In this document: piece after piece, positions 24,561 through 36,380 of the stretch
How positions within the stretch are numbered: position 1 is the stretch's first letter
Layout: each line of letters starts with the position of its first letter
Assembly: GCF_009834535.1 (NCBI RefSeq)
Contig: NC_045697.1
Span: 76,570,001-76,634,000 of the forward strand
Direction: 5' to 3'
Source: Camelus ferus
Lineage: Eukaryota
DNA length: 64,000 nt
Position numbers and translations under genes: made by a program
Notes under the pieces: generated by a model
The model's input: the letters and a program-made list of their open reading frames with translations, nothing else
The model's database searches: none
What the model was told of the DNA's origin: nothing

Positions 24561-27500
24561 ATCAAATTTAGTAACCAGTATAATAACAATTCAGCTACTC
24601 CCAGCACGCCATTGGTACATGCTGCGTGCTCTGACTTACACCTCTGCCGTCTTCATACCAGCATGGTGGATAATATTATCTTCGTTTTCAGAGGAGGGAA
24701 GTGAGACCCAGAAGGTCCTCTGCTTGGCTCCAGGCCACAGAGCTGCTCTGGGGTGGACTCAGGCCGAGATCTAAAGTTGGTGCCCCTTCCATTCTGCCCT
24801 GCTGCTGCTGTGTTTACCTGCCTTCTTCTCAAAACTCCTCTCTTAGGAGTTTTGTGTTCATTCTCTTCTTAGCACGCCAAGCCAGTCTCTGCTAACATGG
24901 ACAGCACCTTGCAGGTCTGGCTGGAACGGATAGCATCAGCTGCTTTTCCTGGAGAAAGTCTGTTTGAGGGTTACAATTGAATGGAAAAAAAATTTTTTTT
25001 AAAGCCATCAATGCAGCAATATTAGGTTGGTGTCCTTACTGTCCTCTAATGTGAAAAAGTTTGGAAATGTCAGTCTCTTGAGGTGACTGAGTACAGATCT
25101 ACTGGATGACGCTGCAAGAATAGACAGGGGACATAGGAGTGCCAGGGCCTCCAGGCAGGCGGCCAGCAGGCAGCCTCCCTGGGAACCGGCAGGTCTTAGG
25201 AGCCGCGTGGCTGCCGGGTGCCTGGCCAATGAGATTCTTTTCTTCCAGACTTGCGGCTGAGACTGAGGGATACGGTGCTGACCAGGCAGCAGAGATTATG
25301 TAATCTGTATGTTCAATTTTTGAAAATGGAAGTAAAGGGATGTCTAGTTTGATATTATATGCTTGATACTATAAACTTCAAAAAAATTAAGTATGTTGAG
25401 GTTTTCATGACATTCTGTTTTTGTTGCCTTGAAATTCCTCCCCAGCCCACAGTTTTCTTGCTACAAAGATCTGTGGTGGGTTTTGTAGTGGGGGTGGTTG
25501 CTCCTATAAAAGCTGGAGTCATGTCTCCTCTGCAAGTGAGAGGTGCCATGCAGAGTAACATGCCTCGAGGAGCTTTCTGGATGTGAAATTGTAGGCCTCG
25601 GGGAGGGTCTTGGATCCGAGGGGTCCTGGGACTGAATTGCCTGGGAAAGTGGGAGGAATTCTTTCGGGGGTGCAGGGTTCAAGGCGTAGAGAGGAGGATG
25701 GAGAGAGAGAGGATAAGATGCAGCCCATGTGAAGAAGAATAGGCCAAGGAAAGCTTTTTTTAAATAGCAGTGTTGTCCAGTGCATCTCCCCCTGGGGCTG
25801 AGTTCCGGAGCCGGGTCCACAGCGGAGAGTGGGAAGGAGGGTTCAGCAGAGGCGGGAACTGGAGGCAGGGATGTTGGGGTGGGGGCTGAAACAGAGCCCT
25901 GGGCCACGCCTGGGACTTCTCCCAAAACGTACAAAGGGGTTTGTAGACACGATTTCAAGGGGCAGGGGAAATCTCGGCTGACATCTGGTTTGCGTCTGTA
26001 GAGAGTTCGTTTCCCAGACCTGTCTCTCGTCTTCATTTTTGGCATCTCTTTTCCTTTCAGGGAACCCGTGGTAGAAGGAAAAGGAGTTTTGGAGACAGAC
26101 TGACCTGAATGTGAAACTGAGCTTTGTTTCAATTGTTTAACCCATTTGAGCCGCAATTTTGTCAGCTATAAAAAGCATCTCAGGGGACAGGATTACAGGG
26201 AGGCTTAAATTAAATGACATATCATACATGGGTTAAGAGTTTAGGTGCTGGAGTCTGGACTGCTTGGTTCAAACCCTGGCTCCCCCGTTTGCTGGTTTTG
26301 TGATTTTGGGGTAGCGTATTCAACCCCTTTTTATGAAAAGTAAGGTGAAAAGTAGGTTGTTGGGAGGATCAGATGAGATTATACAGTAAAGCACTTAGAA
26401 CATTGCCTGGCATTACAGCAAGTGCTTAGTAAGTGTTAGCCATCATTGTTGTGGTTCTTATTATTATACATGTAGAATGTCTGGCCTGGAATGGACATTG
26501 ATTAATGACTTTTGCTCTTTAATTTTATAGAAATACAAGATCTGAGAATTCCCATGCTACCAACCCTTCTTTTTCCCAGAGGGATTAACTAAAAGAGAAT
26601 CAACTGATCACTTATATCAGTTATGAAGATTATAGACGCTTTAAACATTTTTCTCCTCACTTTATATAAAGACCTCTGGCTAAGAAAGTTGAAAATGCCG
26701 TGGATACAGAAGTGTTTTTATTTGGGAAAAAAATGCTGTCTGTCCTAAAACATATACTCAGTGTTTTCCTTCACACGTCAACAGTCCCCTTGTAATCTGA
26801 CTTGCCAGTCCTTTCCCTGTGGAGACTCTGCTCTGCCTCAGATGCTCTTCAGCTTTCTTACACTTCAGTGTGTTTTCCTATTATTGCTTTTGGTTGACTG
26901 TTACCAACTTTCCATTATATTTGCCAGCACCCATCCACCTGCCAGGCTTTGAACGCCATACTAAATAAAGGGTTTTGTAAGGCACGTCCTGGAAAAGGAC
27001 TCTCTCCAGCCCCCCATCACTGTGGAGCAGAAATATTTCCTGCTCCAATTGTGTTGACCCCACCTGGGATAAGCATAGCTCGGTGGGGGAATCAGACGCT
27101 GGTGGTAGAGCCTGTGAGTTCAGGGCCTGGCTCCGAGCTGTCAAATCACTTACATGTTCTCTTCTTTGGTTTCCTCAGGCAAAGCAGGGTAGCTGGCTCT
27201 GGAGGGAGCGAGAGGAAATAAATTATCTACATAGTCCTGACAGATGGTAAATGTCCCACAAGTGTTGGTTTTTACTGTAAATGGCGAGGATACTTTAGTC
27301 AAGTTTTCAGGCCCCAAACCGGATCCTTTCCCATCCCTGACTCGGGGAAGTAGTGCGATCTAGTAGCGCTGAAATCCCGGGAGGGGTTTGGAGCTGGTGG
27401 TTGGTCATACTCCCCAGCCCGGAAAAGGCACCTCCCTGCACACTGTCATAAGCTTGAATAAAATGGTTCTGAGTCTCCTGACAGCAGCATCGTGACTCCT

Positions 27501-28166
27501 CATTACTTGGCAGCCTCAGCTCTGGCGAGATCTTCCCAGGTGAATGAACCCCTTCTGCCTGGGGCAGGATTCTAGAACCCTCATCACCTGGGGGAGAATT
27601 TATAGTCACTTTCCCCAGCTTGTCTTTATAGATTCTATAAGAGTCAGATGACAAGATCAGTGCAAAATGATCTTTAAATTGGGAAATGTTAGAAAAACAT
27701 GTTCTTTTGTAACAAGTTGATGATAATGGTTATAGTAATAAATACCCAGGCTTATCTGGAGCTTGTTTTTTCTTCTTTTAGTCATAATGCTGGCAAGCTT
27801 AGCCATCTGGTTCCTTTCCTTACAGTAGTGGTAACGTTGAGCAAGGTTCTGTACACAGGAAAGGTTGTGAAATGCATGTTAGTCAAATTTTGCTAACTAT
27901 TAGCCACAGTGTATGATTTGAAGGAGAAAAACAGGGATTGTGGGGGGATTATTGAGTGGAGTTAAGCTATCTGTGTGCTTTAAATTTGGATAACTTTGGA
28001 GAGTGCAGAAGGGGCTTATTTTGAGGCATTATGTTATAGATCACTGCTTTCAAGCTCAGAAATGAATGGAAGTACGTTTTCCTTTATTTCCAAATGTCTG
28101 CTCTCTTTGGAATCCTCAGTCTACCTGCTCATTTGCACCTCAGTGAACATACCGAGTACTTAGTGG

Positions 28167-28181
28167 AGAACACACTGTTCC
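28167..28181. promoter_or_regulatory. Candidate glucocorticoid/steroid hormone response element AGAACAcacTGTTCC
   Basis: Matches RGNACAnnnTGTNCY exactly, with 11 of 12 half-site bases of the ideal palindrome. Confidence 0.5.
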
Positions 28182-28591
28182 CCTTAGTCTAATTGCGTTC
28201 TTCCTTGTAACATTCATAAGTTTGAGTAGGACTACCAGCTGCTCCCTGTGCTGGGAAACCCCATGTCGAATTCCTCTGACTTTGAGGGTCGCCACCCCTG
28301 GTTTCAGGGACCAGCCCTGGGACTCAAATCCGCTCCCTTGCAGGTTCCTGCTCTGCCTATACAGTGTCCATCAGTAATGTGAATATTTCTATTTCTATCC
28401 TTGCTTATACAAAAGATTTTTATATAAAAGGCCCATATGCAGAAACAACCTCATTTGCAAGTGTACCGGAACATCTGTTTCACTCCAGTCAGAATGTCTT
28501 CATTTGCTAAGAAAAACCTGATTCAGGACTTTAAAACCATGGCTGTAATAAGAAAGCACTTTTCTTCTGTTTAGGAACCATGAGTTCCAGA

Positions 28592-28690
28592 GGGGTGGGG
28601 GGCAGTTGTATAGCTCAGTGATAGAGTGCACGCTTAGCATGTTTGAGGTCCTGAGTTCAATCCCCAGTTCCTCCATTAAAAATACAAATT
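28592..28690 (+). mobile_element. Vic-1-like SINE
   Basis: A/B boxes; TSD aaccatgagttc. Confidence 0.9.
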
Positions 28691-29119
28691 GAATGAAAAG
28701 ATAACCATGAGTTCGAGAACTACTGAGTATTTCTTTTGGTTTCCCCCACAACACTTTGTGCCACTGTTACAGAATTTACTGTCTGCCGCCTGGAGCTTTC
28801 CAATGGGTTGATTTTGTCCGTCTAGACGGCACGTATCTTGAAGGCAAGGGGTCTTGGTTTGTTTATCTTATTCTGAGGCTTTGTGTTGTGTGCTAAAGTG
28901 TTTTTGACTTAAATATCAAGTGTGGAGATGGGGAAGGTAGATTGAGAAAGACTGAGAGAGAAAAGCAATTTTCACTTTTTGAACTTAATCAAATTATTTT
29001 ATATTAATTAAAATTTTAGAACTTGCTATCTAATCAATAAAGGATTTTATAAAAGGTAATGTTACTGTTTTAAATTGTTACTGTTTAAAAAAAGAATTTA
29101 AAAATTCATTTAATTTTTT

Positions 29120-29259
29120 TTAATTAAAAAAATTTTGAGGGGAGAGATAATTAGGTTTAATTTTTTTAACTTTAGTTTTTAGTAAAGGTCCTGGAAATTG
29201 AACCCAGGACCTTGTACATGCTAAACATGTGCTCTGTCACTGAGCTGTACTTACCCCCT
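29120..29259 (-). mobile_element. Vic-1-like SINE
   Basis: A/B boxes; TSD aattcatttaatttttt. Confidence 0.9.
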
Positions 29260-30854
29260 TAATTCATTTAATTTTTTAAAGTCAAGAATTTATTAACACT
29301 CAGGCAATTTCTTCCTGTCAGTTTTCAAATAGATGGGCCCTTCTGGGGCAAATATTTTGTTTACAATTTATTTATTTTAACTGAAATATAAATCTTTATG
29401 GTAATTAGCCCTCAGATTTCTCATTTTTAACAAATACACATCTTTCCTTGGGTTTACTGGAAAAACCGGCTGGCCGTATATGTAAGTTTTATTCTAATAC
29501 TTGTATTATTTGGATTGGGAACTTGTAGAAACATGTGGTTGGCTTATTTGTTTGTTTTTTGATGCTGATTTCTTAAAAAGAAGAGGACTTTATTTGAGAG
29601 ATAAAATGTGAATTAAATTTGAGGTCATCAATATAACCAGAAGAACGAGCAGTTAAAATTCTTTATCATGTGAGCTTTTAAGGAAACTGGACCCAAGGGC
29701 ATTTAAGGATACATAACTTTTCTGGGCATTCAGGGTCTGCCCTCTGTTGGTGAGATGTGCTTTAAAAAACGCCTTTATTGCTCAGAATTCTGCAAACTAG
29801 GTTGAATTAAGTTTTATTGATGAGGCATAGTTGGGAAGTTGGGTATGAATAAAGTAGAAAACCCTTCACTCACTCAAAATCAGATTATAATTTTTTCTTA
29901 ATCTGGGACCTGCAGTTATCGCAGGAAGAAGGATTGAGGGGATGCAAAAGAAAATAGACAAATTAGGGACAATTTTCGGTTTCACATTTAGAAGAATATT
30001 CACTTCGAAATCTTGAATCAAATGAAGGATCGGACACCTTTACTGAAGCAGGAGTAACGTCCACTTCACTTTCCTCCATGTACCTGATACACTACAATTT
30101 TACATAAATATGTCTTAATTCTTTTTATAGATCTGTTCCTCCCTAATGGTAAACCCAGTGCTCTTGTTCGTTTTTAATGAGACTCTAAATATTTTGAGAT
30201 ACACAATTTTCTAGTTCATTGTGGAATTTAAGGCTTTCTCATTTACAATGAAGTTATAGCTTCATGAAACAAAGTTATAATATAACTTCATTAAAATATT
30301 AAAGTTTAATGGATCATTAAGCAAAAAATAAGATTCTGTGCTATTTTGTATTAATCTCTTATGTGGTCTTTTCTTTCACATTAAAATTTACTATACGTGA
30401 GAAGTCTTGGAGAAGGAAAACACATGTAATATATTACTTGTTGGAGCTAAATGAGCGGGCTCTGGACCTTCACTGGGTTTACACATTGACATGTTCATAA
30501 TTTAAAAACTGCCTTTAGTAATGACTATTCCAAGTTGTAAGTTATCTACCTCTTTGTCCCAGTTGTTTAGCTTGTAGACTTTGGTGCAGTTTGAAGTATA
30601 TGTAAATTCCTGTGTCAGCTACCTAAAAATCTGTTATTAATAAGCAAACTTAATACCAAAACCAAAGTTTCTTTATTATGAAGCCCTCTCTTAAAAAAAA
30701 AAATCTAGCAGAAGCAATGCCAGCCGCTTTATTATTACAGTTTCAGCAACACCCCCAGAAAATGAAGTTTCACAGCAGTTTGCTGGGTACCATGATCTTT
30801 GGGGTAGAAAAGCCAAGCTCCCGGGATGGTGCCTGTTCTACCTGTATTCAATTT

Positions 30855-30855
<1 letters not shown>

Positions 30856-30914
<59 letters not shown>
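30856..30914. repeat. (TTG)~19 microsatellite
   Basis: Direct reading. Confidence 0.98.
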
Positions 30915-30915
<1 letters not shown>

Positions 30916-30929
30916 GTTCTACCCTCTTG

Positions 30930-31230
30930 TTACGGGTTGCAAAATTATGTCCCCCCAAATGGTGTTGCATTTCTGACTCCCAGTGCTCATGGGCACGGTC
31001 TTACTTGGAAATAGGGTGTTTGCAGATGATCAAGCTCAGATGAGATCCTTAGGGTGGGCCCCGACCTCATACGATCTAATATGACCGAGTCCTTGTAAAA
31101 AGGAGAATCTGTCACAGAGACAGATGTGTAGGGAGGGAAGACCATGTGAAGACACAAGGAGAACGGCACCTGCCAGCCAAAGAACAACTGAAGATGCCAG
31201 AAACCAGGAACCCTCTGAACTGTCAACATG
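30930..31230 (+). mobile_element. MLT1-family LTR
   Basis: tgttacgggttgcaaaattatgtccccc...acttggaaatagggtgtttgcagat signature. Confidence 0.7.
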
Positions 31231-32744
31231 CCAGCTTTCTGTTTGATCTGTTTACTTTGTGGTTCCCTGCATGTACCCCAACATCCAGTCACATCTTTTA
31301 CCTTCCGTTTCCCCACTTCTCTGTGAATCAGGTTTTTGGTTTTCTGAAAGTCTGAATGTTGCCTTGGTTAGTGCGCTGGATACACTGGAAATCATTCCTG
31401 CTTCCGTTTCACCGACACGATATTGCTTTTCCGCAGGTGTGTTCTGCTTACTTAGATTTTGTATGTGAAGGTGCCCTCAGTGCTTCAGAAAAGAAGTACA
31501 ATATAAAATTTAAATGTAGTTATTCTTAGGAGACACTATACAGAAAGTGCTCTGAACCAGGGAGGACTGTTAAATGGACACTTTTACGATAATTACCACC
31601 CTCATGTGATCCATTGCCTTACGTGTGTACTTTGATTCTTGTCTTTTCCCTGGGAAAAGACTGTTGATTGAAAAGAATCTTAGAGTCATTCTATTATGAA
31701 ATGTTCTAACTCAGAATATTTTAAGCATTACCTACATTTATGCTGACAGTTTTGTCATTACCTGATTCATGTCTCTTATTAGTGATTTTGGTATAAATGG
31801 TTGCATTTTCTTAGAGTAAAGTAAGTTTAACAAAAGCACAACCTTAAATATGTAGTGTTCTTGGCTCATTTTTTTCTGTCTTAATTTTATCTTTGTATGT
31901 TTCAGAATATGAATCAGTGGCTTCTATACCACAGGATTGGTCCTTGTGTTTCCTGCTGTCCTGAGATCCCAAAGTAAACACCTATGTATTTATATACAGT
32001 ATTTACATTTATACTTACATGTGTGCATTTGATGCCTGGGTCCATAGTTGCATTTGAAGTTTTTGTCAGTTTAACCACCATAATTGACTTCTTTCTGCTT
32101 TCAGATTTATTCTGGCAAAGAAATAGATTATATTTTATGGAAGGAATGGCATATTGGACTATGGCTAGCTTTTGGAAATGGAAACTCATCACGAGATAGT
32201 GACCCAATTTACTATGGGATTTGATAGGCGTGATGGAAGGACAGAAATCCTTTTTAGCAAGTAGCGTGATTATTAATTTTGGTTCTGGTCTTAGAGAGGA
32301 GTGGGGTGTGGACCCTCCAGTTCCCAACTGTTGGGAGCAGACCTTTGGGAGTCTTCCTATGAATCTAGCCACATTCCTTTTTAGCATCCCTGAGTTGTAG
32401 AGTGAGAAATGGAGTTGGTTTGGCCAAACATCTCTTCTTTGCACCACATCGTCCCCTGAACACACCTCTAACTTTAGTTTCAGTGTTGTGGGTGTGTGTC
32501 AGGAACCAGGGTGCTTAGTTTCAAATTCTGGCTCTGCTACTTTCTAGCCGTGTGAGCCTGGAGGAAATTACTTCAGGTTTCTGAGTTTTAATTTTCTAAT
32601 AGGTAAATTGAGAACAATAAGTATCTAACCCACAGGGTGGTTATAAGAAATAAAGGTGATAATGTATGTGATGGTATGTGGTCCAGGCTCACTCAATGAC
32701 ATCAATTACTATCACTGCTTTACCTGTCGATGATGAATTCCTTT

Positions 32745-32899
32745 TTATAAAAAAATTTTTTTTAAAGTTTTAAGTTTTTTTGGGGGAGAGGAGGAGGTAA
32801 TTAGGTTTTGATTTATTTTTAATGGAGGTACTGGGGATTGAACCCAGGACCTTGTGCATGCTAGGCATGCACTCTACCACTGAGCTATGCCTTCCCCCT
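32745..32899 (-). mobile_element. Vic-1-like SINE
   Basis: A/B boxes; TSD atgaattccttt. Confidence 0.9.
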
Positions 32900-33789
32900 C
32901 ATGAATTCCTTTATGTCTTATTTCCACAGACTTTGGCAGCAGCCCTCTGTGACTGTTGAGCTGGAGTTTGGTCATAGTGCCCACAACATATAGAGCTAAG
33001 GAACCAGTTAGATTTGTGTGTGTTGGTGGATCACTTAGATTCATAACACTGGCCTCAGAGGACCTTGAACAAGAGCATTTTCTTGGTGCATTGCAGACCT
33101 ATCACTTGTGTTTTTAGAAAACAGCTCAAGTGCGTGTGAGTGAGAGGCATCGCCTCTGGAGAGGAAACATCATGAGATTTACCCACTGATTTCCTGCCGA
33201 ACTTCAGGTGCCGGCTGGATTTTAGTCAAAATGCAAATGTCTTTAAGAGAACACAACCATGCACTGAATTTCTGTCTGACAGAAGAAAAAGTGCTGCCAT
33301 TGTCCGTGCCAATATTTTTATGAGTTAACCTTTATGGATCATCAATAAAATTCTGTGCTATTAACTTAAGCAGGAAGAGACTAATTCCTGGAAAGCCCAT
33401 TACCTTAAGCTAGGTGTTAATAATCTCTTTGTGTTTGTTAATATTACAGTACACTGTGTCGTACCAGATTTGGAACACAAAAGCTCAGGGTTGTGTGTGT
33501 TTGGCATGTGGAACTCCTTAAGAAAGATGCTTGCACTTCTAGCTTGTCCAGTGGTTTGACTGGATTGTGCATACAGCATGGGTGAAAATGTAGCAAAATG
33601 TCTTTACTTCAGTGGTTCTTAATACAACTGTCTTTTGATGGCCTTCTCTCTAATTGCTCATTCCTGAGAGTCCCAAATCTTTCTCCTGTCAATAATTAAT
33701 TTAACTATCTTTGCACAAGGAAACTTGCTAAGTATCTTGGGAGGTAGTGACATTCACTATTTTTGAACTCAACTTATTAGAGGAAAACT

Positions 33790-34305
33790 ACCTGCAACAT
33801 TATTTACAATAGTCAAGATAAAGAAACATCCNNNNNNNNNNNNNNNNNNNNNNNNNNNNNNNNNNNNNNNNNNNNNNNNNNNNNNNNNNNNNNNNNNNNN
33901 NNNNNNNNNNNNNNNNNNNNNNNNNNNNNNNNNNNNNNNNNNNNNNNNNNNNNNNNNNNNNNNNNNNNNNNNNNNNNNNNNNNNNNNNNNNTAATATGGA
34001 TGAAACTGGAGGAAATTATGCTAAGTGAAATAAGCCAGATGCAGAAAGACAAATACTGCATGATGTCACTTATATATGGACTCTAAAAAAGTTGAACTTA
34101 TAAAAGCAGAGAGTAGAATGGTAGGTTCCAGGGGCTGGGGAGTGGGGGAAATGAGTGCAAAAGGTACAAAGTTTCAGTTCTGTAAGAAGAATAAGTTCTG
34201 GAGATCTAGTGTATAGTCTCATATACAGTCTAATGACAGTATTGTTATTAGTTAATAATTCTGCATTCTCACCACACACACATAAATGGTAACCACATAA
34301 GGCAA
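33790..34305 (+). mobile_element. L1 3' region fragment (with gaps)
   Basis: atggatgaaactggagg...gctaagtgaaataagccag...tgtcacttatat L1 3' motif. Confidence 0.8.
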
Positions 34306-35899
34306 NNNNNNNNNNNNNNNNNNNNNNNNNNNNNNNNNNNNNNNNNNNNNNNNNNNNNNNNNNNNNNNNNNNNNNNNNNNNNNNNNNNNNNNNNNNNNNN
34401 NNNNNNNNNNNNNNNNNNNNNNNNNNNNNNNNNNNNGAAGGAGACTATCTTTCTCATTAGCTTTTCTCTCAGTATATACAGATTCTCTTGTGATAGTAAA
34501 ACCATCACGGAAATGCAAGAGAAAGGATTTAGACTTTAAGAACAAATGCCTCTCTGTCTTAACACAGACTGGACCCTTCTAATCACTGCCATCTTTCCAC
34601 TAAGATAATAGAACGCAGGGCTTTTGCTCTGCAGAGAATAAGAGCTCATGTTCCCTGAGTGCTGACTCTGGACCGGCCCTGACCTGAGTGTGTGTACGTA
34701 TTGACTCACTAGATACTTGCATTAACTGACACCTTGAGGTAGGTACTTGTATCATTCCCATTTTACCAGCCAGGACACTGAGATGAGATGAGTTGCCTTA
34801 GTAAGTGGTCAAACAGGGATTTAAAAACAGGCCATTTGCCTCCAGCAACTCAGTTCTTAAACACTAAACTACTTGCCTTTGGAATGCCAAGAAAGACTTT
34901 GCAAACATTAGTTGAAAACATTCTAGAAATGATTTATTCCTAATATTACCACCTAAAGGAAAGAGCTTAAATCAGAAGAAAAATGACTAGACTTGAGAAC
35001 AGACGATTCCCTAGCTCTAAACATCTCATGGAAATACAGGTTAAAAAGGCTTTTGGAACACTGTGGGTAGTGAGGGTTTACATGCTCTGTTTCTTGGTGG
35101 TCAGACAATGTTCTAAGACTTTGGAGACTCTGGTTCTATGCTCTGCTATTAAAAACTGATGTCATTTGGGCTAAACTTTCTCTTTGAATTCTTTCCTCAA
35201 ATGAAATATTAAGATACTGTTATTCATCATATTTAGTTACTATAAGAATCAGATATAATTGTTATGACAATGATTTAAAAATACAAAATGCTATGGAAAT
35301 ATAAGGTGGTATTATTGTTGTTTATCATCACTAGTCACACATGGAATCATGTCATCTCAAAGTTGGAAGAAATGGTAGAGGCGCCGAGTACCTCCCCCGG
35401 GGGCAGAGAGGTAAAGCCGTACCTGTGGTAGAACTTTCTGGAGCTATAACGTTTGTCCTGGATTAAGATTCTTGCTCCGTCACTTATTTTCTGGATGAGC
35501 ACTGATCCAACCTCTCTGAGTCTCAGCTTTTTCATTTGTAGGAAGAGGGAGAATAATGTTTACTTCTCAGCATTGTGAGGCGCAGTGTGACAGTGTGTAG
35601 CAGCAGTGTCCTGTCGCATGCTCTTTCAGGAAATCCTCAGATAGCTTAATGTTTTGAAGATAAATAGAAGTCAAGAAATATTGAAGTATTACCATGATGA
35701 GAAGAGTTTCAAGTATTCTTACTAGTATAGCATGTGAAAGGTATGAGATGTAAATGGCATTTTTATTTTGTCAAAAATATCACTGCTTGTTAACTACTTA
35801 TAATTTGTACAGGCTGCAAATACTATAAATTCTGATAATTTGTCATTTCTTTAGGTTTCTCTATATACAGAATCAAATAACCTGTGAATAATGGCAGTG

Positions 35900-36380
35900 T
35901 AGGGGGCAGAATAACCCCCCCCCCGCAAGGATATCCGTGTCCTTATCCCTAGAGCATGCGAATATGTTAGGCCATATGCCAAAGGTGAATTAAGGTTGTA
36001 GGAAAACTGTTTGCTAATCAGCTGACTTTAAATTAGGGAGATTATCCTAGATTATCCAAGATGGTGAATGAAGTTACAAGGATCTTTAAAAGAGGAAGAG
36101 GGAGGCAGAAGAGGAAGAACCAGAGAGATGGCAGCATCAGCACTCGGCCCGATGTTGCTGGCTTTGAAGATGGAGGAAGGCAGCCATGAGCCGAGGGATG
36201 CAGGCGGCCGCTGGAAGCTGGTACTGATTCTCCTCTAGACCCTTCAAAGAGGAATGCTGCCCTGCTGACACCTTGATTTTATCACGGTGAGATCATTTTG
36301 GGCTTCTAAACTATGGAACTGTAAGATAATATATTTGTGTTGTTTCAAGTCATGAAATTTTGGTAATTTATTGCAACAGC
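35900..36380 (+). mobile_element. MLT1-family LTR
   Basis: gaatatgttagg...gggagattatcctagattatcc...gctggctttgaagatggaggaagg signature. Confidence 0.75.

Noticed and set aside
26061-26210. CxxC...HLRG zinc-finger-like translation
   Set aside because: In-frame stop upstream, second His missing, no donor; kept only as part of the speculative decayed-frame finding
27160-27179. Apparent strong plus-strand acceptor at 27178
   Set aside because: Better explained as the complement of the purine-rich body of the minus-strand 45-nt exon
30678-31043. ORFs with poly-Val and poly-Leu tracts
   Set aside because: Translation of a (TTG)n microsatellite running into an MLT1 LTR
32931-32995. VTVELEFGHSAH resemblance to the YEATS-domain N-terminus (VQVKLELGHRAQ)
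   Set aside because: Similarity stops after 12 residues and stop codons follow; likely chance
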